From: Paraspadella gotoi
Taxonomy: Eukaryota; Animalia; Chaetognatha
Direction of reading: 5' to 3'
Length of the DNA stretch: 64,000 nt
NCBI GenBank assembly: GCA_051294375.1
Contig: CM119270.1
Coordinates: forward strand, 4,332,301 to 4,396,300
The notes under the pieces were generated by a model, which was given only the letters and a program-made list of their open reading frames with translations, had not been told where the DNA came from and did no database searches. Positions within the stretch are counted from its first letter, which is position 1; every line of letters begins with the position of its first letter. Below are positions 35,265 to 48,951 of this stretch, piece after piece. The position numbers were made by a program, and so were the translations under genes.

Positions 35265-37134
35265 CTCTCTCTCTCTCTCCTCTCTCTCTCTTCTCTCTCC
35301 TTCTCTCTCTCCTCTCTCTCTCTCTCTCCTCTCTCGTCTCTCTTTCTTTTTGTAGGGTTAGAGTCGGTTAATTAGGCGGCGAATCATCCTCGACCGTACT
35401 CTATCTCATACTCGTATGAGAATCGACCTTGGCCGCGCGTCTCATGGCTTCTCGCAGGGCCTGCCCTACCTTTCGTCTCTTATTCTCTCGTCGGTGTGCT
35501 GCTTTGGGATATGACGAGCTAGGCTCACGCGCAGATCCGTCGTTCGGCACGCCGCGTCCCTTGGTCCGGTCCAGTCTCTGTTCTCTCGCTTATGTTGCTT
35601 GGCTTCATGTCAAGACCAGTAGCCAACGATCGTGTGCAATCCTTGGAGGACAATGTAGGTATAGGTGGTAGCCTGTTAAAACATTTACCTATTGATTTGA
35701 GGATGGTGATTCCTCATATTTCATCTTCGCATTGTGTTGGTGCCATCTCTCTCGTCACTTACAGTAGAGAGGCCGACGTTTGGACTGCGTTTTTTGTTGT
35801 TAAAGATATTGATGCTAAAGTATTTTGATGATGCACAAGGTCTTTTCACATTTTGGTTCGTTGGTGTACCTTTTAGTGTCCGGTGTCGACCGAAGAGTAG
35901 ACACCGTTACCATTTTCCGCCCGATCGTTTTTTTCACGCTATCTTTCGCTTATCGACCTAGCTTTCTCCCCCCCAACCAATAAGTATCCCTGTCGTGCCT
36001 GTATATCGTTGGTCTCATGGCTGGTTGAGATGGTCTGAGGTCGTAATTGTATTTTGTTTTTTTTATTCGTTTTTTTTCCTGTTTTTTTTGTACGAAGGCC
36101 TGTTTGACGACTGAAAAGCCCGACAAAACCGACAGCGAAGCCGACGGCGACGAAAAGCGTCAGTTTCGGTGAGAAAAAAAAAAGAGTGAAAAGTCGCATC
36201 CAATTTCGAGTTTGGAGAAAAAGTGGTGAAGTCAGAGAGACGAGGGCGAAATTAAGAACGGATGTTGACTACGATGACGATGATGATGATGATGATGATG
36301 ATGNNNNNNNNNNNNNNNNNNNNNNNNNNNNNNNNNNNNNNNNNNNNNNNNNNNNNNNNNNNNNNNNNNNNNNNNNNNNNNNNNNNNNNNNNNNNNNNNN
36401 NNNNNNNNNNNNNNNNNNNNNNNNNNNNNNNNNNNNNNNNNNNNNNNNNNNNNNNNNNNNNNNNNNNNNNNNNNNNNNNNNNNNNNNNNNNNNNNNNNNN
36501 NNNNNNNNNNNNATAGTATGTACTATGTAAAGTGTCAGACGAACCGGCGAGCTATTGGCGCCTAAGTCCAACGGCCTCACGGAGCTTTGGCTTTATCGGT
36601 CGTTCATCTGCAAAGTTGAAGGCTTCGATATATTGTGTTTTTGAATAAATATTTAATTTCAAAATTAGTCCCAATTTGAATCCATTTCTTATTAAAATTT
36701 CATTCTTATGATTTGTTTTTCTAAAGAATCTTTTTTCCGGTTGTCTTTTTGTTTTGATTTAATCTTTCACTGCCTTTCGAGGCGACATCTAACGTAGACC
36801 GTCGTAAGCGACATCGCTTATAAATAAACCGAGATACAAACATCAGTTGACGACGTTTACGACGCTACATTCATCTCGAGAACGAGGCTTGAAAAATACG
36901 AGGAAAAATATCTGAATATCGATTCTCTTCATGGGAAACATCTCAGCGTAAATTTTAGGAAAAGTGTGTGTGTNNNNNNNNNNNNNNNNNNNNNNNNNAG
37001 GAACACTCCAATTCACAAACAAAGGAACAATCAATTCCACGACACTGTCCGATTGAAAAAGAGTTTCTTTCATTCTCTCGTTTCGCTCGTCTCGACCGAT
37101 TCCACATGAAAGATGAATGGGAAAAAATTCATTT

Positions 37135-37473
37135 TGTGGGAACGTCCCTGGGTTTCGCCTATAGCGTGACACAGGGCGTAGACAACTCAGTGATTCGTGG
37201 CTAAGTTCGTGACGAAGGAATGAAGCAGGAGAACAATCGAATACGAGATTTTGTTTTAATGGTGAAATTAAAAGACGTTTCTAATGTATTTGGTAACTAT
37301 CTTTTAATCCAAGACAAAAAAAGTTCTGATTTGAATTCAAAAACCATGCAGTTAAAGAGACATTTGGAAACAAAGATGAATATTTTGAGGGAGAATGGTT
37401 GATCTTGAGGTGAGTTGAGGGTCAACCTAATTGTTTAGGATGATGGTTGACCGATCGACCTAAAGTGGCCGCA
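37135..37473 (-). repeat. 3' LTR of Gypsy copy B
   Basis: Direct repeat of 42873-43211, preceded on the minus strand by a polypurine tract (37476-37483). Confidence 0.9.
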
Positions 37474-39522
37474 TGCCCCCCTATGTTGAAATATATACTA
37501 AAATATAATCAAGTAAATAGTTGTCGTCCACCGAGTCTATGAATATTATATCACTCTACTAATAATAATAGAAACAAATTAAAAAAAAATTATTCAACAA
37601 CCAAATAAATTGAAAATAAGATAACTTGACTTCGTAGGAAAGAATTAACAATTTGCAGAAAAAGAAAATACATAATCTCTAATATGTACAATATACTAGG
37701 TATAACAGGGGTTTTTACTTTTCACATTTTTTTGTTGTTGTTGTCTATCAATTTGTCGTCTGTAAGCATCTTCCTTTAGGACAACAGAGTACATTGGATC
37801 GATTCGACAAATTTTTCGTAGTCGGCTTTGGATGCTTGATCACACGCTTGGCTCATTTCGTTCTTTTCTCTGTTGTGTTGTTGTTGGACTTGTCTTGCTC
37901 GGTGGAAGTTGATGAGCGTGGAGGCCGGGAGAAAAGAGAAGTAGATGAAAACCGACAAAAAACAAAAAAAACTAAAGGGATGGTGGAGGGAGGTGAGGGA
38001 CACATGGGGTCTTTGGGGATGAGAGGAGGTTGGTTCAGACGGAAGAGAAGGAGGAGAGGAGGAGGAGGAAGCTCGCAGAGAAATGGGAGAAATCGCGCGG
38101 CCGGAGTCATTGGAGCGCGTTTGTTCGAGTCGTTGGTGCTGGCGCGCGAAGTTCGTGGACCGGGTGGGCGCACCTCTTGGGCGTTCGACGGAAGTTAGAC
38201 ACTCTGCTCTCAGCAATCCAAACACTCACACTGGATACCGGGCGGGTTTGACTCGTGGAAATGTTACCTGTTTCACGACCCCGTGCTCGTAATGCTCGAT
38301 GGTAATGTTCAACCATTGCCGGTTACCACTCTGTACGCGCCCCTCGTAGGGTAGGAACCAGTGTGGCTGTATTTTGCCTTCTCCTGATGAAGAACATACT
38401 TGGCTGTCTCCAGGTCGCTCGGAATGTGTACAGCCGTTTGATGGTGCGCTGACAGTTGGAGTAGGTTGAAGACGCGCGACTTCCACTCGAAGTTATAGGC
38501 CAGCTGGTTTTGCCGCCGCAGCTGCAATGCTGGCGTCGTCGTTCTGTGCATGCATCAAGCGATACATCGGGGACGCTGATTTCTTTTTCCGAATACTAGG
38601 TCTCTGTGACGAGGGGCCGATGTCACTGCCCTTGACGTGTGGGTCTCTTATTGCTAAGAGAGTCATTGGTAATTTCCAGTACCAAATTCTCTCTGTTTCG
38701 TTGCCGAGGGGGATGAGAGACTTCTTCAGCCGCCGATGAAAACCATCCACCAGGCCCGTTGGCCTGCGGGTGATATCGCCGTCGTTGTTTGTGTTTTATA
38801 TGCCACCATTGCTTCAGGCAGCTGTTGCCCAGAACAGCGTCGAGCCGAACCTGGCGTCCCTTGGCGGTCGTGAATGAGGAGGAAGTCCCAAAACGGCAAT
38901 CGCAGTCGTGCTTGATGCGTTCTAAGATGGTCGATGTGAGCGTGTCCGTGAGATGGGATTAGGCGGTTGCCATCTTGGAAACGGTCGACCAATGGTGGTA
39001 AGTGTGAAAAACCGTTTGAGTTTGGGCAATTTTTAACAAGATCGGAAGATTAAATTTTTGAAATCGATCTTGTGAGTATTTGAATTCGCCTATCTCCGGT
39101 ATCACCATGTCGTGTAACTTTGGCTCTTTGACAGTCGACGAGTCTCTGGCCCAGCGAGTTACGTCTGCGCATGCTGGTCCAGACCAAATTTGGCAGTCGT
39201 ACGCCTTGCGTGTGCAGTCAAAGCCTGGATGTCCTAGACCATGTGATAATGTCAAAAATTTATTTGGCGCCACGATGGCCGGCACAAAAAGGTCCGAGCC
39301 TGGGCCATTTGAAATAGTCCACTAGCAGGTCCTCATTGAACTCGAATCTTGCGGAAGGTGAGACCCGATCTCGCGTCTTCTGCAACTTCCGGGTAGTCGG
39401 GATCCAGCGCCTGTTTCCCTCGCCATCTGTTCGAAATCAACTATCGAAACTGGTGCGTGAACGGCGATGACGCAATGGCGTCTTGCGCAATCTGTTTGCT
39501 TTTATTGACTTCTCTTTTGCAG

Positions 39523-39823
39523 TTTGACGCGTCGACCCGGCGCTGTTTTGACGGCGCGGTCGCTCGGCGCTGTTTTTGACGGCGGTCAACGCCGGCGCTG
39601 TTTTGACGGCGCGGTCCCCGACGCGGCGCTGTTTGATGGCGCGGTCGACCCGGCCGCTGTTGTGATGGCTGCGGTCGACTCGGCGCTGTTTGACGCGCGG
39701 TCGACCCGGGCGCTGTCTTGAGCGGCGCGGTACACCCGGCGCTGTTTGATGGCGCGGTCGACTCGGGCGTGTTTGACGGCGCGGTCGACCCTGGGCGCTG
39801 TTTGGCGGTGCAAGTCGACCCGA
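39523..39823 (-). repeat. 27-bp tandem repeat (about 11 units) inside pol between RNase H and integrase, encoding approximately GSTAPSNSA
   Basis: + strand unit GCGCTGTTTGACGGCGCGGTCGACCCG. It begins just downstream of the ADAL-SE motif on the minus strand. Confidence 0.85.
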
Positions 39824-42800
39824 CGTTGGTTGTGGGTGCTGGCTGCGTGGCGTTAGGTTCAGAACAACGCGTCAGCAACCAACATTGCATGCCTTTCAAT
39901 TTCGCACATCGTTGTGAACTTCGGCATGACTGATAGCTGATACGATTGGCGGACGGTTTGTGGGCTCAGTCTTCTTTTTGATCGCCACGAAACAGACCTG
40001 CATGATCCGTATAGATCGTAAATGGTCGACCTTCACCGCAAGACGAAAATGTCGAACCTGCCTTTGAAGGCACCGAAAAGCTCTTTATCAAAAAGTGCCA
40101 AAGTTTTTGATTTTTTAGGCGAGTTTCGGCTGAGAAAAATGCCAGAGGCTCCAACCTTTCGGTCCGCGCTGTTCTAGAGACGGCGCCGACTGCTTGTGAA
40201 TCGAGGCGATCAGTTGTACTGCGAGGCTCGGCGCTCAGTTCTGCGGTGAGTGGAGGAGCGCCGCGTTGAATTAGGCCATCCTTTATGGCTTCAAAAGGGG
40301 CGCGCCCGCCAGTCGTCCAGTTCCACTCAAGAGTCTTTGGTTTGCCGCTCAATGTTCGTAGAGAGGCGCGCATCCGATGAGCTACTCGCGGAACTAAACG
40401 TCGGTAGTAGTTTTATCATGCCTAGGACAACGTTGAAGCTCCTTTTGGATCGTTTGTGGGCCTCGTGGTTCGCGTGAGAGTATTGACTCTCTCCGGTAGG
40501 ACGGTGACGCCAATTTTTGTCAACCAGAAGCCAAGAAATTCCAGGGATCACGGCCAAGTGACATTTTTTTGGTGTTCACCTGACCAAACCAGTTGGCATC
40601 AGGGCTTTGAAAACTCGCTCGAGATCTTGATGATGCTGCTTCTGGGACGATGAGGCGACGAGGATGTCGGTCAGATATACAAATGTGTGGGGAATGTCCC
40701 GAGTATTCGTCCATGAGTCGCTGGAAGAATCCTGTCCAGCATTTTTGCAGGCCCAAAGGACAAACGTGGGAAGACAGAGTCCAAAAGGCGTTATGATACG
40801 CCGTCTTTTTGACGTCAATCAGGGTTTACTGGATTGATGAGTATCCTTTTAAAAAGTCGATTTTTGAAAAAGATCGAGTCTTTCCTTCAGTTGCGAAATT
40901 AAAATCCGTGAGAGCCTTTTACGGGTATTTGTCGTCGATGGTTGAGCTTCATCTACGATAATCTCCACAGCAGCGCCACCCGTCCATCCGGTTTGGGGAC
41001 GAACGTGAGCGTGATGACCATTCAATTTTTCCCCTCTTGCGCGATACCCATTGACACGGCTCTTCTCCAACTCCCTTTTGGCGACAAGCCAGCTTCTCTG
41101 GATACCATGGCCGAGCCGCGCTCGAGACTGACAGGGGCGGCCCTTCGGTCGGGATGGAGTGGGTGACGCCATGCTCAGGTTTCTTTATTTCGAAGGTGGG
41201 AGTTGACGAAGAGGGAAAGGCACTCGAGGAGCTTGTAAAAATTTTTCTCCGGCTACGATCAACAAAGTTTAAGTGAGCAGTCATCGTCCGTCTGCTAGTT
41301 GAACGCCGCGATTGTTGAATAATCCGTGAAGGGTCCATAGCAGCCGCGTCGCGGTGATTTGGCACCAACAAAAATTTCTGCCAAAAAATCCGCCCGAGGA
41401 TGTGCTGCTTGACGTCGGCGACAACAAACATCGTAGTTGAATTACGGTTTCCCAACGCTGCAACTGTCATTCCATGCGTGTGCCGTAGCAGTTGATGGGA
41501 CAGCCGTTTGCGCGCTTGCAGTTTGATTCTCGGGTGCTAGGCCCGCCCCCTTTGCTCTTGATTGGGCGGGGACCTATGGAGAGGAGGGCGCCGCCATGCG
41601 ACGACCATTTAGTTCGGATCCTTGGCGTCTCTTTATGAATAAAGAAGATCGTGGCGCCGCCGTGATCGAGTCGACTCACGGGGGAGGCGTTCACGCGACG
41701 GCGCCCCCCCTTTCCGTTTCCCTCGCGCTTCCTGCTGGCTCTCTCGAATTATTGAACAACCCGGTTCACAAGACCAAGCTTCCATCGTCCCAAACTTTCG
41801 CGTGTTTGTGCACAAAGGTCACGAGTTTGGTTTCGCCTTTCCTTTGTTGGTTGGCGTATTTTTCTTGCTGAAAATCCTCTTGTGAGCGGCGCCCACAGCA
41901 TTGATTCCTGTCGTCGTCATCTGAGCTCCGCTCGCCCCTGATCACGGAACTGGTGTCCGACTTGTGGATAAGGGATGAGCGATTGGCGATTTTTAAGTTG
42001 GCCGTCGTTGTCATAAGTGACGGTCAGCAATTGACAAAAGGTCCTGGTGAACAGCTCATCCGCCTTTACGTCTTCCAGTTGACGACGCAACATTCGTCGG
42101 GAGTTCGCGTAGAATCTTTTTCTTTACGAATGTTTCCGTTCCTTATCCCCCTTCAAGCGTTTCGCTCTCTCCACACTGGCGGAGGATCTTTGACGCTTGA
42201 TGCGTCGCAGTCGGAGCATCGAGAATGCAGGCGGCCTGTGCGCCGGGCAAGGCCATATTCTTGCCAGATATTCGATTAAACGCATCATTGTTGAATCAGA
42301 TAGTTCGCGTATAAGAATTGAGTTATCTTAGGAATCACGTTTACGGCTCCGATTTTAGATTCTAAGTGGGCGAATTTTGAATTTTGGCGGCGATAATTCC
42401 GCGCGAGTACAAGGCCGCCTCTAGCGTTTTATCCAAATTTCGATGTTGAGGTGTCGAAGTCTGGAGGTACGGACGTTTCGGCCTCGACGCTCGCTCGAGG
42501 CGGTGTCGCCGCGGCGAGGGCGGACGCGAAGCTCGTCGTTTTCGTCCGCGTAAGGTCGCGCTTGCGGCGCCCGCGCGCTGCCATAATCGGCATATGAAAC
42601 TAACGTCGCGTCGTTAAATATTACAAGAGCAGGCCCGGCATGAGCTCTGGGACGAGCGTCTCGAGACTCGAAAGCGGAGCGGCGTCGGCGAAGACCGCGC
42701 GACGTGAGCGAGAAGCGGTTGCCGCGACCAAGCCTCTGGAACCTGGAGCGTACCGTCTGGTCGTGCGTAGCCAGAGGGAGACGGAGGAAGCGGATGGAGT

Positions 42801-42859
42801 CGCCTCATCGGGATCCTTCTCCAACACGGTGTGGGCACTCCAGAAAGTTGGCTTGGTTT

Positions 42860-42872
42860 GAATGTCGGTCCA
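42860..42872 (-). promoter_or_regulatory. Primer-binding site (degenerate, tRNA-Trp-like)
   Basis: TGGACCGACATTC immediately follows the LTR CA end. It resembles TGGTGACCCCGAC with deletions. Confidence 0.55.
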
Positions 42873-43211
42873 TGTGGGGAACGTCGGGGTTTCGCTAATA
42901 GCGGACACAGGGCGTGACAACATCAGTGATTCGTGGCTAAGTCGTGTACGAAGGAATGACGAGGGAAAACATCGAATACGAGATTTTGTTTATGGTGAAA
43001 TTAAAAAGAGTTTCTAATGTTTATGTTGTAACATCTTTAATCAAGACAAAAACAGTTTCTGATTTGAATTCAAAATAAGCAGGCACTTAAAGAAAACATT
43101 TTGGAAACAAAGATGAAATATTTGGGGGAGAATGGTGATCTTGAGGTTGAGTTGAGGTCAACCTAATTGTTAGGAATGATGGTTGACCGATCGACCTTAA
43201 AGGTGGCCGCA
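42873..43211 (-). repeat. 5' LTR of Gypsy copy B
   Basis: Aligns end to end with 37135-37473. The minus strand begins TGCGGCCAC and ends TTCCCCACA. Confidence 0.9.
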
Positions 43212-43385
43212 TTTTTAGAATTTTTTTTTTCTTTTTTCGAGTCGAAGCGAAAATCAGACTGCGTTGAAAGGATAAAGTGTCACCGGAATAAAAATTGGTA
43301 TTTAAGATATTTTTTCTCTCTCTCTTCTCTCCTCTCTCTTCTCTCTCTCTCTCTCGTCTCTCTCATCTCTCTCTCTTCCTCTCTC

Positions 43386-43448
<63 letters not shown>

Positions 43449-43713
43449 ACACACACACACATTATTCCGACGCGATTCTAAAGTTAAAAAGTGTCGTCGG
43501 CCTCCAGACAACACGAATTTTCGGTTCCCTTTAAGAATGAAAACAAAGGTCAGTTGAGGTCGATCCAGCCTGTTGAAAAGAAACAAATTGGAAAAGAATA
43601 CAAACGAATGCGTCTACGACCTCAATACCCTCACTTACCGTCTCTCTCTCTTCTCTCTCTCTCTCTCTCTTTCTTTCTCTCTCTCTCTCTCTCTCCGTCT
43701 TCTCTCTCTTCTT

Positions 43714-43745
<32 letters not shown>

Positions 43746-46478
43746 TTCATCCGATTGGTCTTACTCTTGGATGCTCATTATCCTCTCTGTTCTTTCATCT
43801 CTCTCTTGTGTTTTGTCTTATCTGTCTCTCTAGGTTATCTTTTTTTTATTTCTTTTTTGCGCGATACTTTTTTCTTTTCTCTCTTACTTCTCGTTTCTGG
43901 GTCTATTTCTATCTCTTCTCTCTTCTGATCTTTCTCTTTTTCTCTGCTCTTCTTCTAATTCTTCCGACTCTCTCATTCTCTCTGCTCTCTTTCTTTCTTC
44001 TCTCTTCCTCGCCTTCTTTTCTCGTCATCTTCTCTCGTTCTTGGTTCTTTCTTCTTTCTTCTCGTCTTTCTCCTCTCGCTTATCTCGTGTAGTATTCGGT
44101 CTGTAGTTATCGTCTCTCTATCTCTTGTCTTCTTCTCTCTCTCTCTTCTTGTTTCGAGTCATTTTTCTTTCTTTTCTCTCTACTCTCTCTTTCTTTCTCT
44201 TTACTCTATACATTAGGGTTTCTCCTTCTTTCTTCTCTCCTCTCCTCTCTTCCTCGTCGGTTCCTTCATCTCTTTTTTCAGATCGTGAGATCTCATTCAT
44301 ATATCTTCCTCTCTCTCCTCGCGACGCATCTCTCGAGTCATCGATTATGAATCCGATTGCAGGGTTGATAGTTATCTCTCTCTTCACCTCTCTATATGGG
44401 TGTCAATATACTCTTTTTTGACTTTCGCACGAATCGATTTCACGTTAATTTCTAGTGGTCTAAGAGATAGTTTTTTTGTTCAAGCCTATTTTTTTAGGCG
44501 AGAACGACTGGGGTAGTCTACTGAATTTGATCACGCTGATGTTCAGCATCAATTTGAATAAAATGATGTTGATTCGTAGTTTTGCATGAGTTCGAGTGAT
44601 AATGGAATAAATATCATGATGTATCAAATTTTTCATAAAATGAGAAATCATGGTTATTATGACTATAATTTGGTTATTTAAGGAACGATTTTGTAGCGGC
44701 GGGGCCTGGCGTGGATCGTCGATCAGTGAATATATTCGATTATTTTCTTTTGTCTTAAATCCGAGTTAGAAATATTTTCTCGTTTTTCGTCGTCGGTCTA
44801 GTTCTATGTTGCATCCGCTTATTGTCGCCGTCTTCCGTCATTTGTCCATCTCGTCTCTGCTTCCGTTGTCCTCCTTCGGTTGTCACTCGGTTGTCATCGT
44901 CTCATTTGTCCTGTTTCGAGTTATAGACGTCGTTGTTATGCAGGTCGTTATCTAGTTTTCGAAGTCCTTTTCTTTTTTCGCTTTTGTTCTTTGACATAAA
45001 GTGAAGTATCGTTTTTGTCCCTCTTCCGTTGAAAAGGGAATTTTTAAATTCCATCCGCGATGGCAATCCGTCCTTCGAAAAGTCGATATTTCTTTTTCTT
45101 TTCAATTCAATTTCTAGAATCGATAAGTAAATGAGAATAAAGTTTGATAACCAGTGTAAAAGGACAATCCGATTAATTTTAATTAAAAGAAAAAAATCCT
45201 ATTATTGAGATAATTCCAACTTGGACAATGCATATTATGTTCCACGAGAAAAGAAAAGAAGAATTTTAAAAATTTAAAGAAACAAACAGAGAGAAAAAAA
45301 GAAAACCTAACGATTTTCTGTTCTCTCTGACTGGGTTAATGGCCGGGCTGCAACTCTTTCTTTTTCCCCTGTTTGTTCTCTTCTCTTTTCTTTTATTTTT
45401 CTTTATTCGGGGCCATTTTTTTGTCTCGTGTTCTTTCTTTCTCTTTTTTAATTTATGTTTGTTTCTTTTGCCTTTCGTTTGCCATCTCATTTTCTTTCCT
45501 TTAGCGTTTGCCTTTTTTTTTACATTTTCCGCTTTACGTCTTACTTTTTTTTTTCTCCTCGTTCGTCGCCATCTTATATTTTTTTTTTCGTTTTCACATC
45601 TTCCGCTGTCGTCATCGCATTTCGGCGTGATTTCCACTCAAACATCTTCCTTTTTTTTTTTTTATTACTTTCGTTAACTTTTAAATTTTTTTAATCCTTT
45701 CCCTTTTCAATCTTACGCTCTTCTTTTCCAATCCTTAATGCTCTTTAACATTTTCTTTTTGACTCTTCCTTCTCCCCCCCTTCGTTCTCCCCTACGCCCC
45801 TTTGCTTAATCGTCTCCCGTTTTCCCCCTTGTTTACCCCGATGTCGTTTTCATGGACAATTGGGTGTAACATTTGTTTTTTCGACGGGGGCCTTGTTTTT
45901 CGTGGCTTTTTGTATTGTCGTTTGTTTTTTAAATGGTCTCAGTTTTTTTCTGCCATTAGTTACCAACGGGTAGAAAGCCTTTAACTGTGTCTAGGTTTTT
46001 TAATGATGTTACTTCTTTAACCAGTCGGCAGGGAAGACTTAATTTTATGTTTAAAAATGCGGACGATTCTTTCATGGATTTCATTCATGTCCATTAGTTT
46101 TTTTGTTTGTTTTAAAATACATTAATATAGTTATTGGTATTTACCGCCAAATTTCTGTCGACGAAATTTATTTAGTAGTGAGATCGATTATCAGAGCGCA
46201 ATTTATGGCACAATTACAATAGATTTCTTTTGTTATTATGTTATCTGATGTTTATTTTGGACAATTAATAACGATGGAAAAACATAAATTATACGGTCAC
46301 CGTAATTCAGATTGGATATATTTAGATATACTAGATCCGATCCCAAATTTGAGCGAATCCGAGATAAAAACATTTACTAGTATGATTCACATTGAGAAGA
46401 TATTCTATTTCTCTCTCTTCTCTCTCCTCTTCTCTTCTCTCTCTCTCTCTCTTCTTCTCTCTATCCTCTTTCACACAG

Positions 46479-46685
46479 CTCTAAACTGCCCGGTCTCGAT
46501 CCGCTTCCGCCGCTCCGACGACGACAGCCCGGCCATATCGGACGCGGTGGACCGTCGTCTGGGCTCTTCCGTTTTTTTTGCCTCCGATAAAAAGTCAGGG
46601 GGGATTTTTTTCTTCTTTCGTGCCGATTGAGGGAGGGAAACCAAATAACGCAACTGACGGCGACGCGTGGGGTCAACCGATGAGG
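46479..46685 (+). CDS. Candidate upstream exon of the membrane-protein gene
   Basis: Pyrimidine tract plus ACAG acceptor, then a GC-rich block (LNCPVSIRFRRSDDDSPAISDAVDRR...) and a GTGCGG donor. The frame is broken in homopolymer runs and the phase link is not demonstrated. Confidence 0.4.
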
Positions 46686-48054
46686 GTGCGGGAATGGTGT
46701 TTATTTTGAAGCGAGGTGGTTTGGGAGGGTTAACCGCTGGAATGGTAAAGTGGACGGTCCAAAAAAAAAAAAAACAGGTGGACTGGTAACGTGGGTCTAA
46801 AGGGGATAGGGGTGGGGAGAGTAAGGCGGAAAGGTGGAAGGGTGATTAAAGAGGCTCGAGAACTTTTCCGCGGTTTATTGCGCGGAATCCCTGGGTGGTA
46901 TTGGAAGTGCCATTTATTCGGGCGCGAGCGCTACGGCCTTTTTTCTTCTTAATGTTTGCGGAATGAAAGCGGGCGCGACCTTTCCGCGCCTGGATTTCGT
47001 CCAAACGGACTCAGAAGGAAAGGTGGGGGATGTGAGGGAGGTGTGGCGGGGAGGGCGAGAAAGGAAAGGAATGAGAGGAAGGGAATTTAAGAAATATTCA
47101 AAATGAAAAAAGAAAAAGATTTTCGAAGCTAAAAAATGAAATTTGTGCGTTTGGGTAAAGAAGATGGAGGGTCGAAATCGCGGACGAGACTTCAATTGGA
47201 TATTTGTGTTTCGTGTCTTCTCTCTCTCTCTCTCTCTCTCATCTCTTTCTCTCTTCTCTCTATCTCACGTTGTGGAATTGATGGAATTTGGCGAGAATAA
47301 TTGGAATTGGTCCAAAAACGCTGAAGAGAGAAGCAACAAACATTGAAATCGATCTTCAGCGGACAGACGAACGGACACGGACAAACCGATGACCTGACAG
47401 TCAGACGTACGTACATCTAATCGCATCTCATCGAAATGCTCTTTCTTCGGTCGACTCCCCATCGTCTCGACCTTTGACCTCTCCAACGCGCGCGCCATCT
47501 TCGCACGCCATCGCGTCCGTGCACAGGCGTGCGCACGTGCGTAGACTTAAGCGCGTGTGAAGCGGTTTCGTTTACACGCACGCGCGAGTTTGCGTCTTTA
47601 ACGCTTCGCTGAGATGCTGTCGATAGAAGGCTTAAGAAAAAAAAAAGCAATTTTATTCTACCTTTTGTGAAATTAGTACATCTATTATAAAATTATCCAA
47701 TTATTTAATAAAAAAAGCTAAATATTGACTTTTTACTTTGGACAAGCTATTTTACCAGATGACTATTATAGTACATAGTTAATAGTTAATGATATAGAAG
47801 GTCCCTGCAAGCTTTTTATCAATACTCCCGAACTGATTTAACTTGATCCAACTAAGATAAGCAATACTGTTGAAGGCAAGATTGTTTATTTTTTGAATGA
47901 ATAAATAATTTTAAATTGGTTGTTCCAATTTCATTATAATACTAATAAATACGGTATAAAACTAATTACTTATTTCTATATAAGTAGTTTCCACTATCCA
48001 CAATCCACTATCCACTATCCACTATCCACTTTTCTTCCCCTCTTTTTCAAACAG

Positions 48055-48902
48055 ACTCGACATCCGCCTCGGCGAGTGGATAGCGAGAGGAAGAAAGCTA
48101 AAGACTACAAAGGGTTCGGCAGCAGCAGCAGCGGCGGCAGCGGCAGCAGCGCCGGATCAGGTCATCGTCGTCGACAACGCCGCCTGCAAGTGGCGCCGCT
48201 CGTTCTGCGTCGTCGTCGTCGTCGACGCTCGTCTCTTCTTTCGTCCGGCGATTTTCTCGGCGTCGATTTCGGCGCCGGAATTCGGTTTCGAAGTCGGCGG
48301 CGTCGACGCCGTCGAGGAGACAGAGTAAGGGGTGTCGGCGGGGGCATAGCGGGTTCTATACTTACAATTGTTACAATTTAGGAGTTACGGTACTATTTTA
48401 CTTTATCTTACTTAATTTTTACTTAAATAATTAACCTTTTAATATCTTTCTAACGCTAACCCTATTTAACCTAATCACTAATCCCCTACCCTAGTCCCTA
48501 ATCTCCTACCCTAATCCCTAATCCCCTACCCTAAAAAAAACTTTAATTTACTTAAATTTAACTTTAAATTTTGCTAACTTAATCGAATAATCAAATATAA
48601 AATTGTTAAGTTCCAGAATATAGGTAAAATTATCGTTGTTTTTTTTTATCACACTGTCTTTCTTTCTCTTACCTTTTTTTCTCATGTTGCTTAACTTATA
48701 CTTTGTGGCGAAAAAACGTCATCCAAACCTGACCCGAACCTGACCCCACTCATCACCCACCCGGTCAAACCCCCCCTTCCTCTCCCACCTTTCCCCCCCC
48801 TCTTCACAGAGAAGAAGAGAATTGGTTCCGATTTCGAGTCGATCGACGGAGCGAAGATATTTTGGGAAAGAAGGTAAGTTTGAACCCCACCTGGTCAAAT
48901 CG

Positions 48903-48951
<49 letters not shown>

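Larger units (their letters stand above)
37135..43211 (-). mobile_element. Full-length Ty3/Gypsy (CsRn1 clade) LTR retrotransposon, copy B
   Basis: Two LTRs of about 339 bp (TG...CA). PBS-like TGGACCGAC after the 5' LTR and PPT AGGGGGGG before the 3' LTR. Gag carries the CHCC knuckle (...KH.KFG...AWSCEPGC). Pol motifs: WRCCGDYRR, ITPFGL, KNAGQ, VYL.DILVAS, FTIYTDH, HGLGHPG and LLPYEG. All ORFs are broken by many indels. Confidence 0.92.

Noticed and set aside
35380-35900. Possible minus-strand coding remnant (…KVGQALREAMRRAAK…)
   Set aside because: The segment is too noisy; no consistent frame or family could be supported.
44500-45110. Possible minus-strand coding or transposase fragment
   Set aside because: Only short broken frames with no diagnostic motif.
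48465-48535. Interstitial telomeric repeat
   Set aside because: Only short, degenerate CCCTAA/CCCTAC units; an ordinary low-complexity tract.
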